Below are positions 1 through 18,754 of a DNA stretch of 64,000 nucleotides, piece by piece (the first letter of the stretch is position 1; each line of letters begins with the position of its first letter). The stretch lies in assembly GCF_009914755.1 (NCBI RefSeq), contig NC_060946.1; one strand, written 5' to 3'. The DNA is from the human T2T-CHM13v2.0 reference genome, Homo sapiens. A program made the translations under genes and the position numbers. Below the pieces are notes generated by a model, which saw nothing but the letters and a program-made list of their open reading frames with translations, searched no databases and had not been told where the DNA came from.

Positions 1-1359
1 CAAGCCGCAAGGGACGGACAGCACTATCTGTGGCCTTTGTGGTTGGCATTTCCCCTGCAGTGTCTTCCTGTTAGGAGTTCTCTCAGATAATAAGCTGCAG
101 AAGAGAGCAGGAGATGGAGCAGGCACTGTGTGCATCGGATTGAAACTCCTAAGTGTCTCTTGCACCTGCCCCAGTGCCAGCCACAGCCCAGGCCTTCAAC
201 GCCCTCCGGCCTCTTATGCTGGAAGTCTCCTTAGCAGATGGCCTCATGGCCAGAGCTGGCCTCCTGTGAGCTCTGTTGCTGCCCTAACTGCAGTGCCTAT
301 CATCTGAGCCCCTCTCGCGAGCCACCTTCACTCGCTAAAGTGAATTTAGGCCGACTTTGTTTTTGCTGTGTCTGGCTTGCTATCTATTCTTTGTTATGAG
401 TGATCTCAAATATGCCCTATGATCGAAGAGTTCTGAGCAGAGAGAATTCAGCAGCCCTTCAGGAGCCACATCTGTCCTTACTTTAATTACCCCTCTGTGA
501 CACTGTGGGCCTGCTTTTCACTTGCCATCCCTGACCTAGGTCCTAAGATATATGTGATCTATTTTATCCCAGCCTGACAACTAGAGATAATTCGGTGTAA
601 TCACATGCTTCCTGACAGCAACTGGGGCATGAGAGCACAGGTGGTCAGGGAGTGTGGGTGGTGCCAGGCTTTCACAGGGCACACACTGTGGTCCACGTCG
701 GCCCCTCTCCCAGATGATATGCCACTTTTACTGTCTTGTGATACTTGGAAATAGTATCACAAGACAGCCTTTTTAAGGCTTCAAAGTCTCCTTTTGCCAA
801 GGATGGTGATTAGCTTATCTTAGTCCTCTGAGAACAAAGCAAAAGGAAATGACTACTATTAAAATAGAATATAAGAATGATGTAAAAAAAAAAGGGCTTC
901 TTGCAGCAAAATTATAAAAGGGCTGCAAAGTTCTAGAATTTCTTTTATTGATGCTCTGCAAAACACAGGCACTGGGCTCATGCCTCCCAGCGAGGGGCCT
1001 TGGCTCACAGGGCAGTGGCTCCCCAGGCGGAGTGTTCACAGGTGGCCCAGATGTCTCATTGGCCCTGCCCTTCCTCAGCCTGCGCTCCGGACAGACTGGG
1101 CAGTGTGCGGGAACCACCCTGCGTTTTACTGCCTCTTGTTCACACTGCTCCTGCATCCACCTGAACTGCCCCAGATCATCTTGGCCGGCTGCCTTCTTCA
1201 GGGTCCCTGCGAATATTCCTCCTTTAGGAAACCAAGCTAGAAGATGTCTCCTTCTCCTTGGAACTCCCTCTGCACTTGACCCGTACACTTCTTAGGCCCT
1301 GGCCGCTGTCCTTGTTGGATGGACTGCAGCCCCTCAGGGAAGGTTTTCATTCCAGTCCT

Positions 1360-1640
1360 CCCTGTGTTAATTGAGCACCTGCTACATTCAAGCACCGGGC
1401 TCGGTACTGGGGATTCCTTGAGTGAAACAAAGGTTCCTTGCCCTCACAGAGCTTACGTTCTCTACTAGAAAGGTGCGAAAATGAACAGGCAGCTATAATA
1501 CGGTGTGATGATTACAATGACAGGAATGAAGGGGATGGGGGAGCACATGGCAGGGCCCTATGCTGGCTTGGGGTTTTGCAGACTTTCCTTAGGAAGTGAC
1601 AATTAACTGGATACCTGAAGGATGAATGAGAGTTAGCCCA
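1360..1640 (-). mobile_element. L2 relic
   Basis: ttgagcacct...ccttgccctcacagagctta motifs. Confidence 0.6.
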
Positions 1641-2448
1641 GTAACCTCACAATGCTGTCTCGAATGCAACCACACAAAAAGATTTGCTGTAGAAATGAGT
1701 AGGTGCCTTTTGTAGCTATCCCAGCGTGAGGTCTGTGTGAGAAGTGGCATGCTTTTCATGAGGAAGGGACCTCCTTGGTCCCTCCACCTCCCTCCTCTTC
1801 ACCCCCCAGAAGAAGTTGGGTGGGACAGGCTTCTGCAGCAAACAAGGGACCCCCTCCCCTCACAGGGACCAAGGAGGACAGAACTTGTCTGAGCTCTACA
1901 AGCCCAGATTGAAAATAGAACTGAGAGAGACAGGAGCAGTGTGAGTGACAGGCATGTGCTCTGATTGGCTAGACAGAGGAATCTGAAATATGAGTTTGGA
2001 GCGGGCACATGACTTAAATATCCTCTGCTGGGTCAGCTTCCCCTTGCCCCCAACCCCAGCTGCACACGTGGGCCCTGAGAAGCGGACTTCTGGTTCTGTC
2101 AGAGAAAGATGACCCATTTTCAAAGAGGCCGCCCCATGAGCCATTCGCCATTTCGCTCTGCACAAGAGACATTTCCTGTTTGGAGTTCTGCTATCCGAAC
2201 TTGGTCTTGCATTGGCGCAGATGTGGGCACACCCCAGGGCCCTGGGAGTTCAGAGCTGCAAGTGAGGCAGGAGGCCATGTGGCCTAAAAGAAAGAAGTCA
2301 GGCCCGGGTCAGCAGCCCTGGATTCTGGTCCAGGCTCTTTTGCTGCTGCAGTGCTGTGACATACTGAATTTGTCCCTTTTCCTCTCTGAGCTCAGCAGTT
2401 TCATCTGTAAAATAATGGAGAGGGAATCATATTAGGTGATCCATGAGG

Positions 2449-2592
2449 CTGGCCCAGCTCTGGTATCGTAAATGTTTGTAGCCAATACAACATCCCTGGT
2501 TATGATAGAAGGATGCCCTTGACTGGCCCAGCTCTGGTATCCTAAATGTTCGGAGCCGATATAACATCCCTGGTTATGATAGAAGGATGCCT
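2449..2592. repeat. 74-bp tandem duplication, 2 copies, ~6 mismatches
   Basis: ctggcccagctctggtatc...gatagaaggatgcc at 2449 and 2523. Confidence 0.9.
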
Positions 2593-2999
2593 TTTCTTAG
2601 ACGTGAGGATGCGTCCCACGGGCTTCAGCACTGGGTCTGCTCTGTGGAACTTCCAGGCCGAAGGCTGGGGAGGGTAATGGGGCAGCATGGCTGCAGGAGT
2701 CGAGCTCAGTGCCTGAGCCGGGAGCTCGATGCGGGAGCTGTGGGCTGCTCCTCCTCCCTGCTAGGAGCAGGTGCAAGAGGCCTGCAGAGTGCTGGGGCTG
2801 GGCACGGACCTCACAGTGCCATGAAGCCTCGTGCAGCTTTGAATTTCACTTGTGATTTCTTCATGGAACTTCAAAGCCCTAGCAATGTAGGCGCGTAGTC
2901 AATTATTATTTGAGTAAGTGACTGCGTGCAATGGCCCAGGATAAGGGGGTTCTGGAGAGGGCAGTCCGTGCTCCTATTCTTTCTCTGTCTTCTTTATTA

Positions 3000-4550
<1,551 letters not shown>

Positions 4551-6040
4551 ACTTTTGAGAGCACCTATGAATCTGTCAGTCATTTCTGAGTCTATTTTAT
4601 GCCTCCAATTATTCTTATGAGCTAGTTCAATAGGAAAAATAGCTCTTTCTAAGGGGTGTGTGTGTTTGCACGACGGGGGCGGGGGAGAGAGAAAGAGACA
4701 GACATTTTGTAAAAGACTGGCATATGTATTAGTGTGAGATTAATGAGGGCATTAAAAGAGGCTAAAGACGTTGTCACCATGCTAGTGGTTTTCAGGTCCC
4801 CCAAATCCTTGACTCTTCCTCCCATGATCTTCGATTTTCCCAAAATATCCCTGCGTCCTCCCTGGAAAGCCCCAGAATGTTCCAGAAGTGAGAGCAGGCT
4901 GGGGGCCGGGCAGCACTGTAGGCAGGACTAGAGGGTGGTCGGGATGCGGTGGTGGTGAGGGGGCGACAGACCCAGAAGGCTGAGGGTTAGGACCACAGAG
5001 GACACTGTCACTTAGAAGGAAAATACATAGGATCAGGCCCCCCTCGGGCCTCTCCAGTGTCCCCTCAGCTTCCACACCTCCCTGGGAAGTCACAGCCACA
5101 TGCTGAATGTGACGCCGTGGTCTGGGTGGATAACTCGCTGGTTGTGGGTGGTTTCTGGATGCAGATGCTGCTTTCCTTAGGCCTGAATTGAGCCCTCAGA
5201 TGGAGGCAGAGAATAGACCCCACAATAAAGGAGAGAGGAGCAGGGACCTGAGAGCTCCCTCTACGTGTGCTACTTCCCGGTGCAGAAAAATGCTACCAGG
5301 TAGTACCGTAATGAAAATGATAATGGCAAGACAGCATCAACAACTGTGGCTAACTTACACTTTTCAGATGAGGAGAGGCTCAGTAACTCAGCCCAGGCCA
5401 CACAGCACAGCAAGTAAATTGAGAAGGCAACATGGGAACCTGGGGCCGTGGGCAGCTCTGTGGGTGAATCCCCTCCCTAGCCACCAGGCTCACGGAGATC
5501 CAGCGGGTTGCGACCCCCGTCGGGCTGCCCCACGCTCACCCCTGTGCTCATCCTCCCTCAAGGCAAGGACCAGGTGTCGCTCAGCTGTAGCACAGAGACA
5601 GGACTAGAGTGGGGGCACAGTTGTAAAATTGAACTAGGGGGCAATGGTCCTGATGCTCTGACCCCGCAAGATGCTACTCAGGGCAGCTGCCCTGCTCTCC
5701 ATGCCCAGAATTTCTTCCACGTCTCCAGGAGCCCCACACTTTGACGTGGACTCTACTGGCTTCTGTGCCCAGCCGTGCCCTCTGGAGGCTCTGCCCCTGG
5801 CTTGGGTTACCCGGAGCTGGAAAATGCCAGGGCAGGTCATGGGTAAAAATAGAAACCCACAGACCTGGCACATGCTTCCTGCTGGGCTCAGGCGGCTGCC
5901 CCAGGCACAGTGTCGCCTTGTGTGGGCCACTGCTTCCCCAGGGCAGGGTGTGGGTGGGAGGATGAGTCTATCACGCCTACGTGTGCACGTGCACACACAC
6001 ACACACACACTGTCTCTCTCCCCACCCCCCTTTTTCTTTA

Positions 6041-6650
6041 ATAATTTCAACTTTTATTTTAGATTCAGGGAGTACATATGCAGATTTCTTACATGGGTAT
6101 ATATTGTGATGCCAAGGTTTGGGGTACGATTAATCCTGTCACCCAGGTAATGAGCATAGTACCCAATAGTTAGTTTTCCAATCTTTGCCCGCTTCTTCCC
6201 TCCCCGCTCCAGTAGTGCCCAGTGTCTACTCTTGCCATTTTTCTGTCCATGAGTACCCATGTTTAGCTCCCACTTATAAGAACATGTGGTATTTGGTTTT
6301 CTATTCCTGCATTAATTTGCTTAGGATAATGACCTCCAGCTGCATCCATGTTGCTGCAAAGGATATGGGTTCATTCTTTTTTGGGGGCTGCGTAGTATTC
6401 CATGGTGTATATGAATGACATTTTCTGTATCCAGTCTACCATTGCTGGGCACCTGGTTGATTCCGTGTCTTTGCTGTTGTGAATAGTGCTGTGATGAACG
6501 TGTGAGTGCAGGTGTCTTTTTGGTAGGATGATTTTCTTTTGGATATATACCCAGTAACAGGATTGCTGAGTGAAATGGTAGTTCTGAGTTCTTTGAGAAA
6601 TCTCCAAACTGCTTTCCACAGTGGCTGAACCAATTTACATTCCCATCAGT
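6041..6650 (-). mobile_element. L1PA/PB 3' end
   Basis: L1 ORF2 C-terminus (KDTCTHTFITALFT) and 3'UTR. Confidence 0.85.
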
Positions 6651-7388
6651 GCACTCCCCATCTTAAGCTGTTAGTACGAATACCAATCAGGCAATTGTGG
6701 CTTCACATCAGCTTTACTTAACACTTGGCCTGGCATAGGCAAGGGGCAGGCTATGGGGCTGCAAAGATTTTCCAATTGTTCAGCGTGCAGGAAGGGCCTA
6801 ATTTATACCCTCCCCATCCTCTCTTGGGGTAATAAATAATCCTTTATTTCTACATTGGTAACCATGATACTACTGACAGCCATGGCGCATACTTCCAGAG
6901 CATGTTCCTTTCATGAGTGCTCATTTGCTCTGTGATATCCTGAGACTGTGTGTGTGCATGTGTGCACAATGTCAGAAAGTCAGGGTCAGGAGCAGCTGTG
7001 AATGCTGCCTTGTGTGGGCGTAGGCTGAAGGAGAGTTTCTGCCATGATCGCCAGTTCTTCCTTGGGCCTTCTTCACCAGTGCAGGAATCTTGTGGTTTGG
7101 AATTAGCCCCTTGCTTCATCTTTGCAACCACCCTCCTTTTTTCTTTCCTGGTATAAAAGGTCAACCCTGGGAAGCAACCTTTAGAGCAAAGCACAAAACA
7201 GCTGTGTCTTCTTTGGATCTAAGTCCTGGTCCAGCTGCTATAGAGCTGGGGCACCTGCAGCCTCAACGCCAACTGGCAATGGGGGGCTGGGGCCTGGCTG
7301 GCCTGCAAGGTGAATGTTATGGGGATGTAGGGCAAAGGCATGCTGGGGGCCCAGACTCTCTGACCTCGTTGCTTCCCTCTCCCCACAG

Positions 7389-7611
7389 CGGGAATGCATA
7401 TCAGTCCACGTGGGCCAAGCGGGAGTTCAGATTGGCAATGCCTGCTGGGAGCTCTTCTGCCTGGAACACGGCATCCAGGCAGACGGCACTTTTGATGCTC
7501 AAGCTAGCAAGATCAACGATGATGACTCCTTCACCACCTTTTTCAGCGAGACTGGCAATGGGAAGCATGTGCCCCGGGCCGTCATGATAGATCTGGAGCC
7601 TACTGTAGTGG
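7389..7611 (+). CDS. TUBA8: Tubulin alpha-8 exon 2 (R2-V75, [12 protein letters not shown]...DLEPTVV)
   Basis: cccacag acceptor, G|gtgagt donor, 223 nt; divergent [11 protein letters not shown] loop is diagnostic of alpha-8; ATG exon 1 is outside the window. Confidence 0.98.
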
Positions 7612-8738
7612 GTGAGTGGGGGCGGAGTTCCCCTCCACAGAGAACATCTCGAAACTGCAGAGGCATTGGCCCACAGTAGCTAAGGAAGCAGCGTCTCTAG
7701 CTGGAAGGTGGGGATGGTGCAACCGCAGCCTCCCACCCCACGTGACATCTGTCAGCTCCTTGGGGTCCCCACAGTCTCGGGGAATCTCATGACAGTGATC
7801 AAGACTCTATGCAGAACAAAATGCCTCCCACTTCAACCCCAAAACCTGCGGCACCAGGTCAAAATGGTCACATCGCTACTAAATACTAAGGATAAGAAAA
7901 TCCAAATAATTTTAGAAATTATAAGACACCCCTAAGTGAGCAATTTCCCTAAGTATAGGTTTCTGAGTCTGCCCTCGGGGTGGGTATAACCTCACAGCAT
8001 CTTACACACAAAGGGGCCTATCACAGCAGGCACATTGCTTCACAGCCAGGGGCCGCTGGAGTTCTGGAATGAGGTTCATTCAGGTTTAGGAAACACAGGA
8101 ATTCTGCCTTGTGTCTAGGCAGATCTCCCCTTCCCACACTATCCCCCAGTAGTGCCACTTCCCCTGTTTCTGACCCCTGGGTCAACTCTCAGTTGAATAT
8201 CAGGATTTCCCCAGCTCCAAGCCTGGCTCCTCAAGCCAGAGATGGACAGTTCTGCAAAGAGGACTGGGCACGAAGTATATGCCTGGACACCAATGTCTAG
8301 GGGCAACAGAGGGCAGATGCTCCACCCCCTGGATGCTTTGCACCAATGCACAAAGTGCAGGTTACCTCCTGGGCCACTGCACAGATGATTTTTCTGCAGG
8401 GAGTAGAGGAACCCCGAAGAGAAGAGGTGACATAGTTGGGGCCTGATGTGTCTTGATCTGCTCTGTATCCGCTTTGTGTGGACCCTTGGAAGTGAGCAGA
8501 GACCCCTTAAAGGCCTCTCTAGGGCTCTTGCTCCTCTATGACTTGGAACATAGCTTTGCTTCCCATTATTCTAAAATATGTCTAATGCCTGACATATATT
8601 ATTGCCACCATGAGGTGGAGTTGAGGGGTGGGACAACTCTTGGGGGTCTAGGTTCTGGGCAGATCATCCTGAATCTTTCTCCATGTCCCTAGAATATTTT
8701 AATGCAAAAGGACTTAAGTTAAATTGTTGGTACACCTT

Positions 8739-9783
<1,045 letters not shown>

Positions 9784-10065
9784 GATGTTCGATGAGCTTT
9801 GTAAAGCTAAGTCTTTTTAGGGTTCTAGCCAGCAGGGCAGCCTGCTTCTCACCGCCCACATGAGCCACAGGCCTTGGCTCTGTTAGTCCCTGAGCTACCC
9901 GGGAATTCTCTTAGCCTTTTGCAGATTCATTACGAGGTGGTCTGGCTTCAAACCTCCATGGAGTTTTATAGGTAGGGGAGAACGGAAGGGGTCCTGCGGT
10001 AGTGTGGTAGGGAGGGAGGCTTCTCCCCTGGGCAGTAGGACCTAATGGTCTTCCTCTCTTGGAAG

Positions 10066-10214
10066 ATGAGGTTCGGGCAGGAACCTACCGCCAGCTCTTC
10101 CATCCAGAGCAGCTGATCACAGGAAAGGAGGATGCAGCCAACAACTATGCCCGGGGCCACTACACGGTGGGCAAGGAGAGCATTGACCTGGTGCTGGACC
10201 GCATACGGAAGCTG
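10066..10214 (+). CDS. TUBA8: Tubulin alpha-8 exon 3 ([33 protein letters not shown]...RIRKL)
   Basis: ttggaag acceptor, CTG|gtaaga donor, 149 nt, phase matches exons 2 and 4. Confidence 0.98.
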
Positions 10215-11143
10215 GTAAGATCAGGAGGGCAGGGGACGGGTGGGTCAGGCTGGAGTGGACAGGCTTGGCCCCATGCCTCTTTGATCAGGCTAGGGAGAGG
10301 CATCTGACCCCTGGCTATAGGATGGAGCTCCTAAGGTTTGGGAATTTCTGCTTAAATTCTGTAAGAAGCATGCACAGGGGTGATGCCCCTTCCTCTGTGT
10401 TGGCATCATAGACTGTGTTCCAGGCTGAGGCCCTACTCATACTCATTGATACTCTCTGTTAGTATCTGGGGAAGGTTCCGGGTATAAGGCAGGATGAGGT
10501 CTCTGCTGGTCGGAAACACAGGTTAACAAAGCATTTAACTTGGAAGAGGAGAGGAAGAGATTGTTGATACATTTGGGCACTTACAAGTGCCATTACAGAT
10601 GTTAAGCACATTCCTTCATTTAATCCTTAATAATTAGACTTAGGAGGTGTCCTTCCTGTGCTTTACAGATGAAGAAATTGAGGGCCAGGGTGGTTCAATA
10701 TCTTAGCCTGGGTCACACAGCTAAAAAGTGGCAGAGCTGGGGTTTGAACTCAGTTGGACTACAAAGCTCTTGAGTTGTAGGTTGTGTCACTTTATTTATT
10801 TAAGCTTCCATTTGCTTATCTGTATAATGGAAAAGCTTGGACCTGATCACATGTTCTTTCCCTGGGAGGTAAGGGTGCCAAACTTTTGCATATATTCACT
10901 TTTTCTGTTTAGAGGAGGGCTTGTCAGGGTCATTGGCCTCAAAGCTGTCTGTGGTCCCCAAAAGTTCAAATCACACCCAGTGGGAAAATCCTGTGATTCT
11001 ATGAATTCTCTGGTGAGAGCTGACATCCGTGCTTACAACGTATCAGGCCCTTGCTCAGCATGTTATGCTATTTTATTTAATTGTCACAATAACCTTATGA
11101 GGATTTTCTATTGTCCCCATTTTCACTAAGAAGGAACAGAAGT

Positions 11144-11465
<322 letters not shown>

Positions 11466-11779
11466 TCAGTAACTTGCTCAAGTTCTTACAACCAAGAAAT
11501 GGCAAAGTTGATATTAGAACTCAGGCTTTCTGGCTCCATGTACCTTTCTGAAATTGGTGCCCTGAGTCACCTTCCAAGGTTGGGTTGAAGTGTGTCGGCA
11601 GCAGTTCCCACAAAATCAAATGACAAGAGCAGGGAAAGTGGGCAAGGAGTTGGGGCCCTCAAAGGGCAAAGTCACCATCCACTGTGGTTCTGAAACTCTC
11701 ATTCCCTGTTCAACCAAGTTACTGGGCTGAAACCTTCATGTACCTAGAGGCGTGTGCCCCTGCAGCTTGTCATCCTATT

Positions 11780-12072
11780 AAAAAAAATAGAGACAGAGAC
11801 TTGCTCTGTCATCCAAGCCAGAGTGCAGTGGTGTGATCATAGATTTCTGCAGCCATGAGCTCCTGGGCTCAAGTGATCCTCCCACCTCAGCATCCCAAGT
11901 AACTGGGACTACAGGTGTGCATCACCACGCCCAGTTAACTTTTAAAATTTTTTGTAGATGCGAGGTCTCACTATGTTGCCCATGCTGGTTGTGAACTCCT
12001 GGCCTCAATGGATCCTCCTGCCTCAGCTTCCCAAACTGCTGGGATTACAGGCATTGAGTCACTGTGCCTGGC
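11780..12072 (-). mobile_element. AluJ
   Basis: diverged Alu dimer. Confidence 0.9.
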
Positions 12073-12263
12073 CCCATCCCATATTTTAGCCACTCCTCCA
12101 AAGATCAATACAACTCCTTTTGTTTCCTTACTTCTTCAAAGCTGTTTTGATTTCATCCACAAAAAAATATGAGGCAGACAGAGTGGGCGGTCTGGCTTTT
12201 TTACTGTGGGGTGTTCTCGGAAACTTGTCTTCATGATTTCTTCTCATGTCCTGCTCTCCCTAG

Positions 12264-13202
<939 letters not shown>

Positions 13203-13249
13203 TGAGCAACAAGTAATGATTTGGTATTGGCCCAAATCTACTCACCTGA

Positions 13250-13893
<644 letters not shown>

Positions 13894-14349
13894 CTCCAAC
13901 CTAAAGTTAGTTTTAATGGATATTTTACACTTCTTTGTACAGCATGATTTTGTGGCCATTTTAATTTTAGAGTTAACCAAATTATTCCAGTTGCCAGAGG
14001 AGTATGATGCCTCTCTCTAACAAAAAGCTGTGTTCTCCCAATTTATTTTGAAAACTTAAAATATCTATCCTGCACATCTTAATCAATTTGGAGTAATAAG
14101 ATACTTTTATAGTTGTTCTATGATTGCTATTTTCCATTGCCATTAACCAGGAGTAAGCAAAAACCAGCAAGCCGTGTGGCTGGTGGTAACCAAGTGCCCG
14201 CAGTCTGGAAAATGCCAGGCTCAGAGAGTCAGTGGGGAGATACAAAATAGCGAGGGTAGACCCTGGGGCCCCAGGACCAGGAATGCTGAATGGTAGAAGT
14301 CACCCCTCTGAGCTGGACCGGCAGGCAAGCAGCCTGGCTGTGCACATGA

Positions 14350-14832
<483 letters not shown>

Positions 14833-16327
14833 TGAAGAGATGAGCATGCCTCAGTTTTCTTGGCGGGAGTTACAAGTGTGAGGCACCAGCTGCGTGCTGG
14901 CCTCATAGCTGCCCTGCATGGGTCTGAGGCTTTGACCTGGCTGTTCTGCTGAGTGAGGAGTGTAGCATTCCTTTTCACTGCTATCCTTCTAGCTACATAT
15001 ATAATTTCCCCCCAAGACTATGCCTATTTTTTATGTGACAGTTCTAATCATCCTGGCAAAACCAGTCAAGGTCTTCCAAAAAATGAAATTCTTTTTTCTT
15101 TTTCAAATGGAAACAAACAACCAGCTAGTAGGAGAATGAATGGGGAAAAAAGAGAATGAATGAGAGACATGGTGGGTGATGGGGAAATTAACAAAGCGGA
15201 AATGTCCCCTCATTCTCTCTCCTTAAAGCAGAAGCTCTGGAGTTATGTCCTGAAGGATCATTATGGTAGCATTAGCATAAGCTAAGAAAAGTATGTTCCC
15301 TGGAGAGGATGCTGCTAAACTTCATCTTCTTGCATTCTCTCCAACAGTACTTGTCCCCACTTGACTCAGGTCAAGAGATGTTAGCACTTAGAGGAGAACA
15401 GGTTGGCCCAGGCACAAGGTTTATGGCAGTCGGCTCAGTTCTAGCAATGTATGTGATGTGGCCAAATTCATATACATTGCCTTTCCCTTCCCCACTTTGC
15501 CCCTCTCCCAGTATCACCTCCACCTCCAAGATGCCACCTGTGCCTAAGAGGAATGACGGCTGCTGTGGGTCCAGTGGCTGCCTGGCTACCCATGTTGCCA
15601 CACAGCTGGCTGCCATTCCCACACCAGCCCCTCAGGAGGATGTGCATTTTAAAGCTATGGATTTAAGAGACTGGCGATTAAAATGTGGTGGTCTCAGTGG
15701 GAGAGGTGGCTGAGGACATCACTATAGTTCTCATAAGTAATGTCACGGTTTGCCACATTAGACTTGTCCCAGTTTCCCATGGTTCCTGGGGTTGGCTTTG
15801 GTTTGGGACGTGTGTTGGGAAGAAGAGAGATTTCCAGGATAGCAGCACCACTGTAAGACGGGTCTGGGCTGAGCCTGGGAGACCTGCCATGCTGCCAGAA
15901 CTTGGCAAGACCTTCAACAACCTTCTTGGATTGGAGACCCTGCTTTTCTTCTAAGAAGCCCCAATTCCCAAAAACCTAGAGCCTGGTTAACGCCAACACC
16001 ATCCCGGGGCCTTTCGGCTCTCTTTATTTATTGCTCTGGAATATCCCTGTGACCTCTTCCAACAGTTTTCACTCTTGGCAGGGAAACTTCCTTAAATTTA
16101 CTCGCAACACAACTAAGAGGAACTTCAGATGACCACTTGGGAGAGAGTACACTTTTGAACAGCTTTGAATCTAGAATGCGTTTCCCTGTTACACATACAC
16201 ATGTACCAGACACCTCCCACCCGCTCCTAATGTCGCTCGTGACTCTCATTTGCCTACTTGCTGAGCCCCCTATACCAGCCCTGTCCTCCTTCTCTAGCCT
16301 TTGATTGCCCAGCCCTTCCCCATCTAC

Positions 16328-16545
16328 TTTTTTTTTTGTTTTGCTTTTAAGAGACAGGGTCTTGCTGTGTCCCTGCCACTGGAGTGCAGTGGAACCACTG
16401 TAGCTCACTGCAGCCTTGACCTCATGGGCTCAAGTGATCCTTCCACCTCAGCCTCCCTGAGTAGCTGGGACTAGTAGGCATAGCCACCGGGCCTGGCTAA
16501 TTTTTTTTTTTTTTTTGGTAGAGATGGGTTTTTGCTCTGTTGCCC
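16328..16545 (-). mobile_element. AluJ partial
   Basis: right arm plus linker. Confidence 0.85.
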
Positions 16546-16692
16546 TGCCTGCTTCCACTTTCTCTTCAGCTTCTCCCTTGCCACCTGCTGGCTTCCCCAG
16601 TCCCATCCCGCCTGTTGCATCCCATAGCCCCACTCCCACGCCCCTGACCATGACTTGAAGCCATGCCAAGTGACCAAGATGTCCCATCCTGA

Positions 16693-17046
<354 letters not shown>

Positions 17047-17499
17047 ATATATACCTTCCCCTTGGCTGTGTCTCTTTATTTATGCTGTGCCATTCAAAGC
17101 ACATGTTCAAGAGAACAGAACACTCTCCCCGCCCCAGCCTGATTCCTGCCTTACCCAGGAGGAGGGTGCCTGGCCCCAGTACCCAGGGTGGCACGACTGG
17201 GCTAAGTGGACACTGAGCTTCATCAGGCCCTCCCTGGGTAGGAGCAGCTTTGTGTCACTAAAGAAAGTGAGGGCCACTGTCTCCGGCGGGTGAGGCTGCA
17301 GCCCAGTTTCACATGCGAGGAGGCCTAATCAGGAGTTTCAATTCCAGATCGGGCTGGGTCCAGCCCCAAAACATGGCCTGCTGGCTGGGGAGTGGGAACA
17401 CTCAGAGAAAGGGGAGATCTGGGCCTGGGAAGATTCCGGGGCAGGGGTGAGCGGACGTTCACATGAGTGGGTCTATAGCCCGCTCCGGGCATCATCTAG

Positions 17500-17985
17500 A
17501 CTTAGCATGCATTCACTCCCCCATCACATATTCCAATACACACCCTGTCCTAGGCACTGAGAGCTGGAGAGTTGGTGATAAGCGAGACGAACACATTTCC
17601 TGCCCTCATACACACATAAATAAAGTGAATGAGATCATGTCAGCTGGTGTCAAGTGAGAGAAAGTAAAAAGCAGTGGTGAGAGAGTGTCTGGGCGTGCTC
17701 CTGTGGACTGCGTGGTCAAGACAGCCTCATGGAGGCCTGGGCCGTGCAAAAGGATGCTAGGTGCAGGGAGAAGCAAGTGCAAAAGCTAGGAACAAGCTTG
17801 GAGCGTCTGCAGAGCAGAAAGGAGATTGTTTCCTGGAGGATGGTGAGAGGGGAAGAGTCAGAGAGACAAGACCCAGGAGCCAGGCAGGGCCAGAGAGCAT
17901 CCAGCCTTACAGGCCATGGAGAGGAGTTTAGAATTTTTTTCTAAGTGAAACAGAAGGATTTGGAAGGTTTCAAGCAGGATATGTA
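17500..17985 (-). mobile_element. L2 relic overlapping the TUBA8 3' end
   Basis: ctaggcactgag...cctgccctca...aagtgcaaaag...ggagtttagaatt motifs. Confidence 0.6.
17619..17624 (+). terminator. TUBA8: TUBA8 poly(A) signal AATAAA (3'UTR ~17047-17645)
   Basis: first AATAAA after the stop codon. Confidence 0.75.
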
Positions 17986-18117
17986 TACCTTATTTCTATA
18001 TTCATACTGACCTTATATCCAATCCTCCCAACAGTCTCAAAATGGATATTCTGCTCATTGTGTAGATGAACAGACTGGGATGTTTTAGGTGTTGGAGACA
18101 GTAGGAGGTAGAGCTGA

Positions 18118-18472
<355 letters not shown>

Positions 18473-18587
18473 TACCCTACGCCATTTCTAACACTGTGTG
18501 TTCGTGCCAGGTTCCAGCTACTGCCTGATAAAATGCTGGATGGAGAGAGGCACAATCTGTATCATTTGCAAAGGAGGGGGTGGTTAC

Positions 18588-18754
18588 CTGCTCCTCTTCC
18601 CTGAAGTGGGCAACTCTGGCGGAATCTAAGGAGTAATCAAAAGGCCATGAACCAGCTAGGAAGATACCTGGGGCTGGGCCCATGGTAGGTCCCTGGGCAT
18701 TAAGTGCACACTTCTTTACGTGTGGATGTTTCTGTCCTGTATTCCTTGGAAGCT
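18588..18754 (-). pseudogene. Relic transmembrane exon (MGPAPGIFLAG/FMAF*LLLRFRQ)
   Basis: ttttactctgtttctcttag acceptor, CAG|GTAACC donor, 167 nt (168 and phase 1-1 if one T is restored). Confidence 0.5.

Noticed and set aside
18660-18685. GPAPGIF resembling the CDCP1 cytoplasmic GPAVGIY, with an upstream FTLFLL read as the TM
   Set aside because: FTLFLL is the acceptor polypyrimidine tract, and GIFLAG/FMAF*LLL fits better as the TM; the match is likely coincidental.
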